A stretch of 17,124 bases of DNA from an uncultured Myxococcales bacterium (lineage in GTDB: Bacteria > Myxococcota > UBA4151). The translations under genes and the position numbers were made by a program. The notes beneath the pieces are model-generated. The model did not search any database. It saw only the letters and a program-made list of their open reading frames with translations, and had not been told where the DNA came from. Location of the stretch: NCBI GenBank assembly GCA_964013405.1, contig CAXGWI010000070.1, positions 1-17,124 of the forward strand, written 5' to 3'. Position 1 is the stretch's first letter. Each line of letters starts with the position of its first letter. This document shows, piece after piece, positions 15,999 to 17,124 of this stretch.

Positions 15999-17021
15999 AT
16001 GCGCATCCCGCTCCTGCTCACCTTGTGTTTGGCCGCTTGTCCCGCAGCCCAAGGCGAACTTTGTGATGAAGCGGAAAAGGGGCAACTCCTGGCCCGGATC
16101 TCTTCGCCCATCACGCTGCGTCCAGAGGTCCTGCGCACCCGGGAAGCTGTGATCGGAAGTCTCGCCGCTGATGCTTTTCTCCATGGCTTTAATGGGGAGC
16201 GAGATCACTGCACAGCCTTTGGGGACAATCCAGAGGCTTGCGTGGACCTTGCCTTCCAGAATGCCGGTGGGCTCCGCGATGAGACCCGCTGTGGTCTTCG
16301 GTCTGAGTGGCGTGAGGGCAGTATCTTTCGCCGGGACCTAGAGCAGTTGATGCCCTTCGAAAATCCAATGCAGGCCATCTACGTGCAGGGCAGTGATTTG
16401 CTCGAGGGGATGGAGCAGAGCGTTCATCTTCTCGGGGAGGCAGGTCGTTTCGCGAGGAACGGTGCCTTTCTCCATTTGGCTGGGGCCGCGCTCATGGTCG
16501 ACTGTGGGGGCAAGGCCCGCATGGTCGATAGTCAAAATCAGGTGGTCGAGCGCGGTGCCCGGGTCTTGGGGATGTGCGTGCGGCATTGGTCGGCCGGTGG
16601 CGATGTTGAGCCCGGATGGAGCGTGGTCGATCCGGCGCTGACCTATACCGTGGCGACGAACGCTTATCTGGCGGGCGGCGGTGATAATTTCACGATGCTC
16701 ACGGATGTTGATTCGGAAGGAAACCGGATTCCTCGGCTCACGCCGATCAGCAGCCCAGGCACGGACCAGAGCTTACTGGATGCGTATTTGAGATCGTTGA
16801 GCCATGAAGGTGAACGGGTGGTCAATCCGGTGGGGGTCACCCAGCCTCCACCCTTTGAATGCCCGGATGTTCGCATCCCGCTTGCGGAGGTTGGCGCCCG
16901 TGCCGACGCACTGGCCGAAGACCCGGCCTGTCGTATTGATGCGGGAGAACTTATCTGCAGTTTCAGTAACTTGAGGATGACGCTGCTGCGTTCTCCCCAT
17001 TGCTTCGACTTCGGCGACTGA
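15999..17021 (+). CDS. Lipoprotein containing only a 5'-nucleotidase C-terminal (substrate-binding) domain
   Basis: Lipobox LAAC (Cys14); EAVIGSLAADA, NAGGLR, LMPFEN, GSDLLEGME, FLHLAG and YTVATNAYLAGGGDNF. No metallophosphoesterase motifs. Confidence 0.82.
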   Translation: MRIPLLLTLCLAACPAAQGELCDEAEKGQLLARISSPITLRPEVLRTREAVIGSLAADAFLHGFNGERDHCTAFGDNPEACVDLAFQNAGGLRDETRCGLRSEWREGSIFRRDLEQLMPFENPMQAIYVQGSDLLEGMEQSVHLLGEAGRFARNGAFLHLAGAALMVDCGGKARMVDSQNQVVERGARVLGMCVRHWSAGGDVEPGWSVVDPALTYTVATNAYLAGGGDNFTMLTDVDSEGNRIPRLTPISSPGTDQSLLDAYLRSLSHEGERVVNPVGVTQPPPFECPDVRIPLAEVGARADALAEDPACRIDAGELICSFSNLRMTLLRSPHCFDFGD

Positions 17022-17050
17022 AAAACATGGGAACAGACCGCTTTTTGGCC

Positions 17051-17079
17051 TGGACCCAACCTACTTCCTCCCATAGAAG
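17051..17079 (+). promoter_or_regulatory. Candidate promoter for a transcript leaving the window
   Basis: TGGACC-N17-TAGAAG, followed within about 8 nt by two hairpins. Confidence 0.35.
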
Positions 17080-17124
17080 GCACCCCGCTCGCTCCCCAGG
17101 AGTGGGCCGCTGCAAAGCGTTGGT

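Overview
GC-rich bacterial window, most consistent with Myxococcota (Cys-rich CGDG...CDDGN repeats and a myxobacterial-type membrane Ser/Thr kinase). The housekeeping backbone is purS-purQ-purL, an M50 site-2 protease, trpS, an RluB-type pseudouridine synthase, a stand-alone biotin carrier, a crotonase, tRNA-Ser(TGA), a PEGA-type Ser/Thr kinase, an agmatinase-family enzyme and a lipoprotein carrying only the C-terminal domain of 5'-nucleotidase. The most unusual element is a two-gene module present twice (1353..<1 on minus; 7308..11368 on plus). In each copy a secreted protein with a long pure Lys/Arg tract and a C-terminal hydrophobic hairpin overlaps the start of a lipoprotein built from acidic Cys-rich repeats. 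The left lipoprotein is missing from the ORF track, and the left copy has a good sigma54 promoter match. Other observations are a recurring -35/-10 promoter pattern with a TAG-type -10 box, a decarboxylase-like crotonase next to a biotin carrier, and a structured RNA-like segment at the right edge. No mobile elements or CRISPR arrays were seen. All calls come from motif reading and recall; no database searches were run.
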